Shown piece by piece: positions 40,370 to 48,809 of a stretch of DNA of 64,000 nt. The DNA is from an uncultured Alphaproteobacteria bacterium (lineage in GTDB: Bacteria; Pseudomonadota; Alphaproteobacteria; Rs-D84; CACZYB01), in the NCBI GenBank assembly GCA_944392955.1, contig CALXYK010000014.1, positions 32,042 through 96,041 on the forward strand. Direction: 5' to 3'. Position 1 is the stretch's first letter, and every line of letters begins with the position of its first letter. Position numbers and translations under genes: made by a program. The notes beneath the pieces were generated by a model that saw only the letters and a program-made list of their open reading frames with translations, made no database searches and was not told where the DNA came from.

Positions 40370-41566
40370 ATGACTGATAATCAAAAGACATATAAGGTTT
40401 TAGCAAGAAAATATAGACCTAATACTTTGGAAGAGTTGGTGGGGCAGGATGTCCTTGTCAATACTATTGCAAATGCCATTAAAACTAATAGGCTGGCTCA
40501 TGCCTATGTGTTTACTGGTATCAGAGGTGTGGGAAAAACATCAACTGCGCGAATTTTTGCAAAATCTTTAAATTGTATTGGTCCTGATGGGAAGGCAACT
40601 GAACCTCAGATTAAACCTTGTGGTGTTTGTGAACATTGCCGTGCAATTGCAGAAGATAGGGATATTGATGTTATAGAAATGGATGCGGCAAGCAGGACTG
40701 GTGTTGATGATATTCGTGAAATAATTGATTCCGTTCAATATAAACCTGCTTCGGCTAGATATAAAGTATATATAATAGACGAAGTTCACATGTTATCAAA
40801 AAGTGCCTTCAATGCCCTTTTGAAAACATTAGAAGAACCTCCTGCTTATGTAAAATTTATATTTGCAACTACTGAAATACGAAAGGTTCCTGCGACTGTT
40901 TTATCTAGATGTCAACGTTTTGATTTACCTCGTGTGGATATGGATGTGCTTTGTAATCATTTTAAACATATTTGCGAAATGGAAAATGTGAATATAGACG
41001 AAGCCTCTATACAACTTATTGCGAAAATGGCTGATGGATCGGTCCGTGATGGTTTAAGTTTTTTGGATCAAGTAATATCTAATTGTGAAGGGGATATTTC
41101 TGTTGAGAAAGTATCAAAAATTTTGGGACTTGCTTCAAAAAATGTTATTTTTGATTTGTATGATTATATAATGGGTGCAAAAATTTCTGATGCAATAAAT
41201 TTAGTAAATGAACAATATAATATGGGGGTAGATCCTGTTTTAATATTAACTGATTTATTGGAAATTACTCATTTTATTACTAGGGTTAAGATTTCACCTA
41301 ATTCTTTGACTACTTTGCCTTTAATACCAAAGGAACAAGAAAGAATTAAAGATTTAGCCAATAAACTTTCTATTTCTGTATTGGCAAGAGTGTGGCAAAT
41401 GCTTTTGAAAGGACTTGATGAAATAAAGAAGGTGCCTAACCTACTTTCTGCAATAGAAATGATTTTAATAAGAATCTCTTATATAGGAATGATGCCTGGG
41501 CCTGCCGAAATACTTGAAAAAATAGAAAATCAGAATTCTTCTGAACTTCAAAAAAAAAATAGCTAA
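40370..41566 (+). CDS. dnaX: DNA polymerase III gamma-like subunit (DnaX domains I-III), 0-frame product
   Basis: 398 aa with 'GIRGVGKTSTARIFAKSLNC', Zn module 'CGVCEHCRAI', 'IDEVHMLS' and 'LSRCQRF'. Ends 2 codons after an A10 run. Confidence 0.9.
   Translation: MTDNQKTYKVLARKYRPNTLEELVGQDVLVNTIANAIKTNRLAHAYVFTGIRGVGKTSTARIFAKSLNCIGPDGKATEPQIKPCGVCEHCRAIAEDRDIDVIEMDAASRTGVDDIREIIDSVQYKPASARYKVYIIDEVHMLSKSAFNALLKTLEEPPAYVKFIFATTEIRKVPATVLSRCQRFDLPRVDMDVLCNHFKHICEMENVNIDEASIQLIAKMADGSVRDGLSFLDQVISNCEGDISVEKVSKILGLASKNVIFDLYDYIMGAKISDAINLVNEQYNMGVDPVLILTDLLEITHFITRVKISPNSLTTLPLIPKEQERIKDLANKLSISVLARVWQMLLKGLDEIKKVPNLLSAIEMILIRISYIGMMPGPAEILEKIENQNSSELQKKNS
41550..41559 (+). promoter_or_regulatory. 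A10 homopolymer: candidate slippage/recoding site, or a homopolymer sequencing error
   Basis: The 0 frame stops at 41564. The -1 frame stops at 41560 (TAG). The +1 frame is open from 41526 into ORF 41586..41975. Confidence 0.5.
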
Positions 41567-41585
41567 TCATTTTGAAACTGAATCT

Positions 41586-41975
41586 ATGTTTGAAGAACTT
41601 GCAAAAGTTGCAGATAGTGTTTCTACTATGACAATAGAATCTTTGGTAGACACATTAAAAGAAAAAAAGTCTTTTTTACTATCTCGTGATGTGGAAAGGT
41701 ATGTTCGTTTTGTAGGTTTTGATAAAGGGGTTTTATCCATCAATTTAGAGGAACTTCATCCCAAAGAATTGATTAAAAACCTTAATGATTTTTTTATTCA
41801 AAGCAAATTCAATATAAAGGTCATTCGTTCTTCGGAAAAAGGTGATGATACTTTGGAACAAAAGAAAAAAGCTTTATTCCAACAACAACTGATGGAAGTG
41901 TCCCAGAATCCTATATTAAAGGAAATTTTGGAATGTTTCAGAAACTCTGTTGTTGAAAATATTGAAGATTTATAG
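41586..41975 (+). CDS. dnaX: DnaX C-terminal (tau-specific) domain ORF in the +1 frame relative to dnaX; probably expressed as a fusion
   Basis: 129 aa. The pattern 'FEELAKV...VRFVGFDKGVLSINL...IKVIRS...NPILKEILECFRNSVVENIEDL' resembles the conserved C-terminus of alphaproteobacterial DnaX (from memory). Sits between dnaX and ybaB. Confidence 0.55.
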   Translation: MFEELAKVADSVSTMTIESLVDTLKEKKSFLLSRDVERYVRFVGFDKGVLSINLEELHPKELIKNLNDFFIQSKFNIKVIRSSEKGDDTLEQKKKALFQQQLMEVSQNPILKEILECFRNSVVENIEDL

Positions 41976-42012
41976 TATAATTTCAAAATCAATAACTTAA
42001 AAAGGAGATATT

Positions 42013-42336
42013 ATGGTAAATATAAATGAATTGGTTGCTCAGGCTCAGGCTATGCAAAATAAAGTTAAAATTGCTCAGGCAGAACTTGCAAAACAAGAAG
42101 TTGTAGGTGAAGCAGGAAATGGTTTAGTTAAAATGACTATAACTTGCACAAAAGAAACAAGAAAATGTGAAATAGATCCTTCTTTGTTAAAGGCAGAAGA
42201 AAAGGAAAATTTAGAAGATTTAATAGTGGCAGCAATGAATAATGCAAAGGAAATGGCTGATGAAATAGCAACTGCTACTATGGAAGAAGCAACTTCTGGA
42301 CTTCAACTTCCAGAAGGGGTTAATTTACCTATGTAA
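42013..42336 (+). CDS. ybaB: Nucleoid-associated protein YbaB/EbfC
   Basis: 107 aa with 'AQAMQNKVKIAQAELAKQEVVGEAGNGLVKMTI'. Conserved position after dnaX. No recR follows. Confidence 0.9.
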   Translation: MVNINELVAQAQAMQNKVKIAQAELAKQEVVGEAGNGLVKMTITCTKETRKCEIDPSLLKAEEKENLEDLIVAAMNNAKEMADEIATATMEEATSGLQLPEGVNLPM

Positions 42337-42463
42337 ATAATTGTAAACTTCTTACTAAACTTTGTTTTATTTTACGAGAAGTGTATTTTTGTTAAAATAC
42401 CTTTTGCTTGATTTTCATTAAGTTTGTTCGTAAAATTTTCATTATTAAGCATAGGATGAAAAA

Positions 42464-43699
42464 ATGTATAAAGTGAAATCAGATTTTTTAAATATAATTC
42501 AGGAACGTGGTCTTTTAAATCAGGCAAGTGATTTAGAAGGTTTAGATAAAAAATTATCTTCAAAGGAACCTGTAATTGGTTATTTGGGTTGCGATCCTAC
42601 TGCTGATAGTTTGCATATTGGGAATTTGGTTTCTTTGACTATGCTTCATTGGTTTCAAAAAACAGGAAATAAACCTATCGCTCTTATAGGTGGTGCGACA
42701 GGAAGAATCGGCGATCCTTCTGGTCGTTCAAGCGAACGCCCTATGATGACAGAGGAGGTTTTTAATAAAAATTTAGCCGGAATAAAAAAATCTATGGAAA
42801 AGTTTTTTTCTTTTGGAACTGGCGCAACTGATGCAATTATAGTAAATAATTATGATTGGTTTAAGGATATAAAATATATAGATTTTTTAACTGAATATGG
42901 TCGTTATTTTTCTGTTAACGAAATGCTTAAAAGAGAAAGTGTCAAACTCCGCTTAGATAGGGAGCAACCTTTGTCGTTCTTAGAATTTAATTATTCCATC
43001 TTCCAGGCATACGATTTTGTGCAAATACACAAACAATATGGCGCTGTATTACAATTTGGCGGTGCAGATCAATGGGGGAATATAGTTTCTGGTGTTGATT
43101 TGGGTAGAAGATTGGGATTTGAACTTTTTGCATTAACTGCACCTTTGTTAACAGATGCAAATGGTGTAAAGTTTGGAAAATCTATGGGTAATGCGGTTTG
43201 GTTAAACGAAGATAAACTTCCTTCTTACGACTATTATCAATTTTGGAGAAATGTTGACGATAGGGATGTTGGAAAATTGCTTAGAATCTTTACAGAACTC
43301 CCTATGGCAGAAATTGAAAAACTTGAACAATTACAAGGGGCCGAAATTAACGAGGCTAAAAAAATCCTTGCATTTGAAGCAACAAAAATTTGTCGTGGTG
43401 AAACGGAGGCAATTTCATCTCAGAAAACGGCAACTGAAACTTTTGAAAATAAAGGTATTGGTTCGGACTTACCAACCTTTGAATTAACTGAAAATATGAA
43501 TATTATAGATGCATTAGTTTTAACCAATCTTTGCAAATCTAAAAGTGATGCAAGAAGGATGATTCAATCTAATGCTATTTCTGTAAATGATACAAAGATA
43601 ACAGATGATAAATTTATCATTGCCAGCCAGCTTGCAAACAATGGTAAGATACTTCTTTCAAGTGGAAAGAAAAATAAGGCTGTGTTAGTAGTAAGGTAA
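42464..43699 (+). CDS. tyrS: Tyrosine--tRNA ligase
   Basis: 411 aa with HIGH 'ADSLHIGNLV', KMSKS 'KFGKSMGN' and a C-terminal S4-like domain. Confidence 0.95.
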   Translation: MYKVKSDFLNIIQERGLLNQASDLEGLDKKLSSKEPVIGYLGCDPTADSLHIGNLVSLTMLHWFQKTGNKPIALIGGATGRIGDPSGRSSERPMMTEEVFNKNLAGIKKSMEKFFSFGTGATDAIIVNNYDWFKDIKYIDFLTEYGRYFSVNEMLKRESVKLRLDREQPLSFLEFNYSIFQAYDFVQIHKQYGAVLQFGGADQWGNIVSGVDLGRRLGFELFALTAPLLTDANGVKFGKSMGNAVWLNEDKLPSYDYYQFWRNVDDRDVGKLLRIFTELPMAEIEKLEQLQGAEINEAKKILAFEATKICRGETEAISSQKTATETFENKGIGSDLPTFELTENMNIIDALVLTNLCKSKSDARRMIQSNAISVNDTKITDDKFIIASQLANNGKILLSSGKKNKAVLVVR

Positions 43700-43708
43700 A
43701 ATTCTGTT

Positions 43709-44050
43709 ATGGTAAATTATATTAACAATCAAAAAAATACTAATGCTGATATATTGGCACCCTATTCTTCGTTTGATATATTTCAAGAAAATTGCCCTTA
43801 TAAAAATGTTTCGTGTAATGGAAAACGAGTCAATGGATGCAAAAAATGCTTTGGAGTAAACGAATATAATCAAAATAATGGACAGCCCTTCCTTGATCCA
43901 GAATATTTTAAACGACTTAGCATTGATGTAGAAGATCACAATAGAAAATTAGCAAAGGAATGTCGTTTATATAATATAACTAGAACTTGTTCTTTCAAAA
44001 ACCAATTTACTCAATGTATGTATTGTTTTAGGGATTATGGAAGAAAATAA
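43709..44050 (+). CDS. Hypothetical Cys-rich small protein
   Basis: 113 aa. Two similar clusters: C-x7-C-x7-C-x2-C and C-x9-C-x8-C-x2-C. Starts 9 nt after the tyrS stop and shares its terminator. The SD is weak. Confidence 0.45.
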   Translation: MVNYINNQKNTNADILAPYSSFDIFQENCPYKNVSCNGKRVNGCKKCFGVNEYNQNNGQPFLDPEYFKRLSIDVEDHNRKLAKECRLYNITRTCSFKNQFTQCMYCFRDYGRK

Positions 44051-44055
44051 AAAAT

Positions 44056-44086
44056 AAAAAAAACTCCCATATTTGGGAGTTTTTTG
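44056..44086. terminator. Bidirectional terminator (tyrS operon and the convergent lipoprotein gene)
   Basis: AAAACTCCCA-TATT-TGGGAGTTTT, flanked by A- and T-runs. Confidence 0.65.
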
Positions 44087-44101
44087 TTCGTTTAGAAGTT
44101 G

Positions 44102-45250
44102 TTATTTTTCATACACTCTTACTTCATCACAATTTACATTATCTGTTTGCATTGTAATTGCTACACGAGATGCAGGAAGTCCCATATCTGTCAATGCATT
44201 CATAACAGATTTTACATTCTTTTTGATTGATGAAGGTTTTGTTTGTGATGCAACTCCTGATACTTCAAATGTTGCAGAAGGATTTCTTTCCAATGCACGA
44301 CTTAATGCTTGGTAAAGAGGTTCTTCAAATTCAACATTTTCCTTATCAAATTTTATAACAACAAGAGGACGAGAAGCAACCGGTGCAGGAACTCTTTCTA
44401 CTGATGTAGAAGGAGATGTCATAGGTTTATTAAAACCTCTGTTATCTATACTTCTTGTAGGAAGTTGTCTTTGACTTCTTGCCCTTGGAGTATAGCCGTA
44501 ATCTTGTTCTGTTTCTGAAAGGAATGCATTGTATGATTCATCACTTGAAAACATTGAACCACCATCAGCAAAGAAATCTGTTGATGAGCCTGCACCATAA
44601 AGTCTTCCGTTTTTGATGTTTAAAGCAACATCATTAAGGTTAAATTTTTCGTTATCAACATATGCTTGTTGTCTATCTGCTTCGGCATTAAGTTGACGAG
44701 CAAAAATTGAAATATTTGAACCTATTTGTTTTGCTTCTTCTTCAAGAGCCTTTAATTGTTTATGATCTTCTTCTGTTGCACCGCGAATCTTGTATGATGC
44801 TTGTATAGAACCAACCATATAATCAACCATTGACTGATCAGATTCAACATCTGCAACTAATCTTTTTATATCAAATGCAATGTTGTTAATTTTTTCAAGT
44901 TTAGCCCTTGCATCTTTCCATTCATCCATCAATTCTGGATTTCCAGGAGTTGTGCCTAATTGAAGTTTTGAATTGATTTGTGCAACTGCACTTCTGTAAT
45001 CTGAAACTGCGGTATTTGTTTCATTTCTCATTGATTGCAAAGTTGTCTTTCTGCTATCAACAAGACTTTTCAATTGAGCCTGTTCAGAACCAAAGTTCTT
45101 TATTTTATTTTTTATGAAAGTTCCATCAAAACCACCTTCTGCCTTTTTCACATTAGCAGGTTTCGTTTCACCACTCGCAAATAATGTTTCAGATGTTGAT
45201 GAACAAGCACCCAAAACAACCATTGTTAATAATGCTATTAGTTTTCTCAT
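44102..45250 (-). CDS. Hypothetical lipoprotein with a coiled-coil centre and a possibly degenerate OmpA-like C-terminus
   Basis: 382 aa. Lipobox 'VLGAC'. Long helical, heptad-like middle. The C-terminus '...FEVSGVASQ...MNALTDMGLPASRVAI' only loosely resembles an OmpA-like peptidoglycan-binding fold. Confidence 0.55.
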   Translation of the reverse strand: MRKLIALLTMVVLGACSSTSETLFASGETKPANVKKAEGGFDGTFIKNKIKNFGSEQAQLKSLVDSRKTTLQSMRNETNTAVSDYRSAVAQINSKLQLGTTPGNPELMDEWKDARAKLEKINNIAFDIKRLVADVESDQSMVDYMVGSIQASYKIRGATEEDHKQLKALEEEAKQIGSNISIFARQLNAEADRQQAYVDNEKFNLNDVALNIKNGRLYGAGSSTDFFADGGSMFSSDESYNAFLSETEQDYGYTPRARSQRQLPTRSIDNRGFNKPMTSPSTSVERVPAPVASRPLVVIKFDKENVEFEEPLYQALSRALERNPSATFEVSGVASQTKPSSIKKNVKSVMNALTDMGLPASRVAITMQTDNVNCDEVRVYEK

Positions 45251-45343
45251 TTATAACCCCTTATGTTAAAGTTAAACACCTGTCTTTGTTATACAGATAA
45301 GTAAATAATAAAACCTTTCTTTTGAAAAAGCAATACTTTCTTA

Positions 45344-45955
45344 TTATTTTTTTATATGTTTTTTTATATAAGAAATTGCTTCGTCGGGTGTATTCACTAT
45401 CTTAAAATATTTTTTATTACTTGCTTCTATAAACCCTGTTTTCATCATAGAATCTATTAAACTCTCAAAAGGTTTAAAAAAATTGTTAATGTTTACCAGT
45501 ATAATTGCTTTATTTACAAACGTTTTATTATCTTTTTTAAGTTTACTATGTTTGTCATGAATTTCTTTATCTACTAATATATCAAATAATTCATCAAAAG
45601 TTCCAAAACCCCCAGGAAGAATAATGAAAGCATCAGAATTTTCTATAAATTTTCTTTTCCTTATTTGAATATTTTTTACTATTTTAAAGTGAGTTCCTGG
45701 AATCGGCTCTTCAAAATCTGCAATAAGTTTTGTTGTAATTCCGTAAATATATCCCTTTAATGCCAATACCCCGTATGCAACCTTGCCCATTAAACCTTTA
45801 CCACCTGCACCATAGACAAGTCGCATATTGTTTTGTGCGATAAGATTTCCTAACTTTGTTGCGGTATCTGAATATATGTTTTTATTACCAAGTTTTGCAC
45901 CACAAAAAACACTTACTGAAATTTTTTTATTATTGTTTCTTCTAAATATTCCCAT
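45344..45955 (-). CDS. LOG family protein (TIGR00730 / cytokinin riboside 5'-monophosphate phosphoribohydrolase-like)
   Basis: 203 aa with 'LVYGAGGKGLMG' and 'PGGFGTFDELFD' (PGGxGTxxE). Confidence 0.85.
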   Translation of the reverse strand: MGIFRRNNNKKISVSVFCGAKLGNKNIYSDTATKLGNLIAQNNMRLVYGAGGKGLMGKVAYGVLALKGYIYGITTKLIADFEEPIPGTHFKIVKNIQIRKRKFIENSDAFIILPGGFGTFDELFDILVDKEIHDKHSKLKKDNKTFVNKAIILVNINNFFKPFESLIDSMMKTGFIEASNKKYFKIVNTPDEAISYIKKHIKK

Positions 45956-46032
45956 TTTTACTTATTAACCTTTCAAAAAATTTTACCTGGTAATTTTAAC
46001 AAATTTTATCCTTTATTTCAATAAAATACTTA

Positions 46033-46061
46033 TTGCTTTTTGAGATTTTCTTGTTTATAAT
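46033..46061 (+). promoter_or_regulatory. Sigma70-type promoter for tRNA-Cys (and probably infC)
   Basis: TTGCTT (46033-46038), 17-nt spacer, TATAAT (46056-46061). The tRNA 5' end lies 12 nt downstream. Confidence 0.55.
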
Positions 46062-46072
46062 TTTGTAATCGT

Positions 46073-46146
46073 GGTCGGTTGGCAGAGAGGCTATGCAGAG
46101 GACTGCAAATCCTTGGACACTGGTTCGAATCCGGTACCGACCTCCA
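46073..46146 (+). tRNA. tRNA-Cys (anticodon GCA)
   Basis: 74 nt. Acceptor stem GGTCGGT/ACCGACC, anticodon loop CTGCAAA, T-loop TTCGAAT, discriminator U73 (the Cys identity element) and an encoded CCA. Confidence 0.92.
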
Positions 46147-46173
46147 ATATTAACTTTAAAGGGAGTCTTTTTT

Positions 46174-46698
46174 TTGGTTGATAAAAATAATAGCTTATCG
46201 CTAAATGTAAATGAAAAAATTCGCGCTCGCGAAGTTCGTCTTATAAATCAAAATGGTGAAAATCTTGGAATAGTATCTTCTCGTGAAGCCTTGGATATGG
46301 CAAGAGAGGTAGGTTTGGATCTTCTTGAAATTTCACCTTTGGCTAATCCACCTGTTTGTAAAATTATGGATTATGGAAAGTGGAAATACGAAGAGCAAAA
46401 AAAATTATCTGAAGCAAAAAAGGCTCAGAAGGTTGTAGAAATTAAAGAATTAAAAATCAGACCTAATATTGATGTGCATGATTTTCAAGTAAAAGTTAAG
46501 GCTGCAAGACGTTTTATAGAAGACGGAAACAAAGTTAAATTTACTGTTCGTTTTAAGGGAAGGGAAATTTCTAATCAAGATGCTGGACTTTCACTTCTTA
46601 ACAGAATAAAGGAAGAATTAGGCGATATTATAAAAATTGATAAAGAACCTTCTATGGAAGGAAGACAAATGGTAATGTTTGTTGTGCCTAATAAATAA
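46174..46698 (+). CDS. infC: Translation initiation factor IF-3 (probable TTG start)
   Basis: The track ORF starts inside the tRNA (46093) and was rejected. TTG at 46174 has GGGAG 8 nt upstream. 'INEKIRAREVRLINQNGENLGIV' and 'PPVCKIMDYGKWKYE' are present. There is no in-frame ATG near the N-terminus. Confidence 0.85.
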   Translation: MVDKNNSLSLNVNEKIRAREVRLINQNGENLGIVSSREALDMAREVGLDLLEISPLANPPVCKIMDYGKWKYEEQKKLSEAKKAQKVVEIKELKIRPNIDVHDFQVKVKAARRFIEDGNKVKFTVRFKGREISNQDAGLSLLNRIKEELGDIIKIDKEPSMEGRQMVMFVVPNK

Positions 46699-46714
46699 AT
46701 TACTAAAATTGAAG

Positions 46715-46750
46715 AAAAATAAATCCCTCGTAAATGAGGGATTTTTATTT
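46715..46750. terminator. Bidirectional terminator after infC
   Basis: AAATCCCTC-GTAAAT-GAGGGATTT, then TTATTTT. Confidence 0.65.
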
Positions 46751-47286
46751 TATCGTTCAATAGATTTTTGATGTGTGTTAATAATCTCTGACAAGGTGTT
46801 ATTATCAAATTCCTTTTGTACACCTTTTAAAATTTCGTTCATATGATGTTGAGAAAAAATCCAATCAGCATAGATTTTTAAATCACGATCACCTGGACGT
46901 GCGGTTTCCCCATATCTTATCATCTTATATACAGAGTCAATAAATGGCTTGTTTTTCATAGAATTCTTTATAAGCTCAACAGAAAAAGATAATTTTTTAT
47001 CCTTTTGCTTAAAACTTAATGTATCTGTTGCAGGGTCTTCATCCCAATCAATTTGAAAATCTTCGTATTCCTTTAATAAAGAATATGGTATATAAAAACT
47101 ATCATTTTTTGAACGATTCAACATTGAAGAAATTGCAATAATTGAATCTCTTGCACTATCGCTTATACCCATAAGTCCAGCACCTAAATTGAAATAATCA
47201 TCTGAACTGACTACATCACCTTTTTTATTTAAACGTTCAAAAGTTTCCTTTGCCCTTTTTTGAGAATTTGTAATAACATCAGACAT
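46750..47286 (-). CDS. Hypothetical cytoplasmic protein (178 aa)
   Basis: ORF with AT-rich but coding-like composition and GGAGG upstream. No signal peptide and no recognisable motif. Downstream of the M23 peptidase gene. Confidence 0.5.
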   Translation of the reverse strand: MSDVITNSQKRAKETFERLNKKGDVVSSDDYFNLGAGLMGISDSARDSIIAISSMLNRSKNDSFYIPYSLLKEYEDFQIDWDEDPATDTLSFKQKDKKLSFSVELIKNSMKNKPFIDSVYKMIRYGETARPGDRDLKIYADWIFSQHHMNEILKGVQKEFDNNTLSEIINTHQKSIER

Positions 47287-47316
47287 ATTTAACCTCCTTT
47301 TTTAGTTATTTTAAAA

Positions 47317-48756
47317 CTATTTTATTATACTGCTTGCATCTATTTTATTTATATCTATCAAATGAGCGAATTGACTGAAATTTTTATCTAGAACTGCAAA
47401 TTGAATATTTATCTTATCCCTTGCAGTTTCAAATTTTGCAATTTCGGACTTAGTTAAATTCTGTATAGATGGTAATTTTATTGTTAATGGATTAACATGA
47501 ACACCATTTTTTATAATTTCGTAATGTAAATGTGGGCCTGTCGAAAGACCAGTATTTCCAACATATCCAACGGTTTGCCCCTGTTTAACCTGAGTTCCAA
47601 CCTTTACATCTGATTTAAACTTACTTAGATGAGCATAAGCAGTAGAATATGTTCCGTTATGACGAATCTTTATATAGTTGCCATAGCCGTTTTTCCAACC
47701 TCTAAAAACAACCTTTCCATCACCAGCAGCAGGTATAGGAGTTCCACTAGGTGCAGCGAAATCAACCCCCTTATGAGCCCTTGAATACCCAAGAATTGGG
47801 TGTTTTCTATTATTACTGAATTTTGAAGAAATCCTTGCCCCATTTATAGGTGTTTTCTTTAAGGTTTTAGAAGCCCCCTTACCATTTTCATCATAGTAGC
47901 CAACAACTCCCTTTTCGTTTTCATATCTGAAAAGGCGAAGTTCTTCATGTCTAGAATTTAGGTAAAGTGAAGCAAATATAACTTCGCCGTTTCCTAAATA
48001 TTCACCATTATCAGAATATAATTGCTCATACATTATTTGGAATCTATCGCCTGGATAAATATCCCTTTCAAAATCAACATCAAAAGAGAATACCTCATAA
48101 AATTTATCAATAACATTATAAGGAATATTATTTGCTGTTGCTACCTGAGTTAAGCTGGTTCCTTTATCTATAACACCTTCACCACGAACTAACTCAACAT
48201 TAACATTAGATTTTTTTTCTATTGTTTTAAAACCATCTTTTGTTTTTAATGAAACAACCTTATATATAGGACTTTTGATTATTTCAAGTTCCTTTAATTC
48301 TGCCTTTACCTTTGAGTCAGAATTTTCTATTGGTTTTAATCTGACAACCAATTTATCACTACCTGGACGAAGATCTGATAACTCACATAATGGAGCTATA
48401 GATTTACTAACCTCTAATATTTCACTATAACAAATACCCAAGTCAGAAAGGAGTGATGCAACGGAATCCCCGTTTTTTATTTCTATTGTATGTTCTTTTG
48501 TATTAGAAAACATATTTTCCAACAGATTATTTATACTATTGGGTTTGCCATTCAAATTTTTTGAAACGTCGTTTTCCATAGAAATTATTGGATCAAATGC
48601 CGCCTGTATACGAGGTGGAATATTACTTCCTGATTGTTTTGATATTATAAAGAAAAACAACAGGCACATGGAAAAACTTACCATAAATACCTGGAAATGA
48701 GGTTTTGAAATATACTTTTTAATTTTTTGATGCACTTTATTCATTTTTCGTTCCAT
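47317..48756 (-). CDS. M23 family murein endopeptidase (MepM/YebA-like)
   Basis: 479 aa. N-terminal TM helix, OapA/LysM-like segment 'IEIKNGDSVASLLSDLGI', and M23 motifs 'HKGVDFAAPSGTPI' and 'GLSTGPHLHYEI'. Confidence 0.85.
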   Translation of the reverse strand: MERKMNKVHQKIKKYISKPHFQVFMVSFSMCLLFFFIISKQSGSNIPPRIQAAFDPIISMENDVSKNLNGKPNSINNLLENMFSNTKEHTIEIKNGDSVASLLSDLGICYSEILEVSKSIAPLCELSDLRPGSDKLVVRLKPIENSDSKVKAELKELEIIKSPIYKVVSLKTKDGFKTIEKKSNVNVELVRGEGVIDKGTSLTQVATANNIPYNVIDKFYEVFSFDVDFERDIYPGDRFQIMYEQLYSDNGEYLGNGEVIFASLYLNSRHEELRLFRYENEKGVVGYYDENGKGASKTLKKTPINGARISSKFSNNRKHPILGYSRAHKGVDFAAPSGTPIPAAGDGKVVFRGWKNGYGNYIKIRHNGTYSTAYAHLSKFKSDVKVGTQVKQGQTVGYVGNTGLSTGPHLHYEIIKNGVHVNPLTIKLPSIQNLTKSEIAKFETARDKINIQFAVLDKNFSQFAHLIDINKIDASSIIK

Positions 48757-48809
48757 TTCTTCATTTTAACATAGTATTTATAAAAAATCAAATTTTAAAG
48801 TATTTTTTC

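Noticed and set aside
42372-42563. 63-aa minus-strand ORF in the ybaB-tyrS spacer that overlaps the tyrS start.
   Set aside because: It overlaps the tyrS N-terminus in antisense, has no SD, and has a hydrophobic, low-complexity translation. I saw no structured RNA (no GC-rich or T-box-like element) in the spacer either.
46093-46173. N-terminal extension of the infC ORF (ATG at 46093).
   Set aside because: The ATG and the first ~18 codons lie inside tRNA-Cys (46073..46146). IF3 homology only starts after the TTG at 46174, which has a proper SD.
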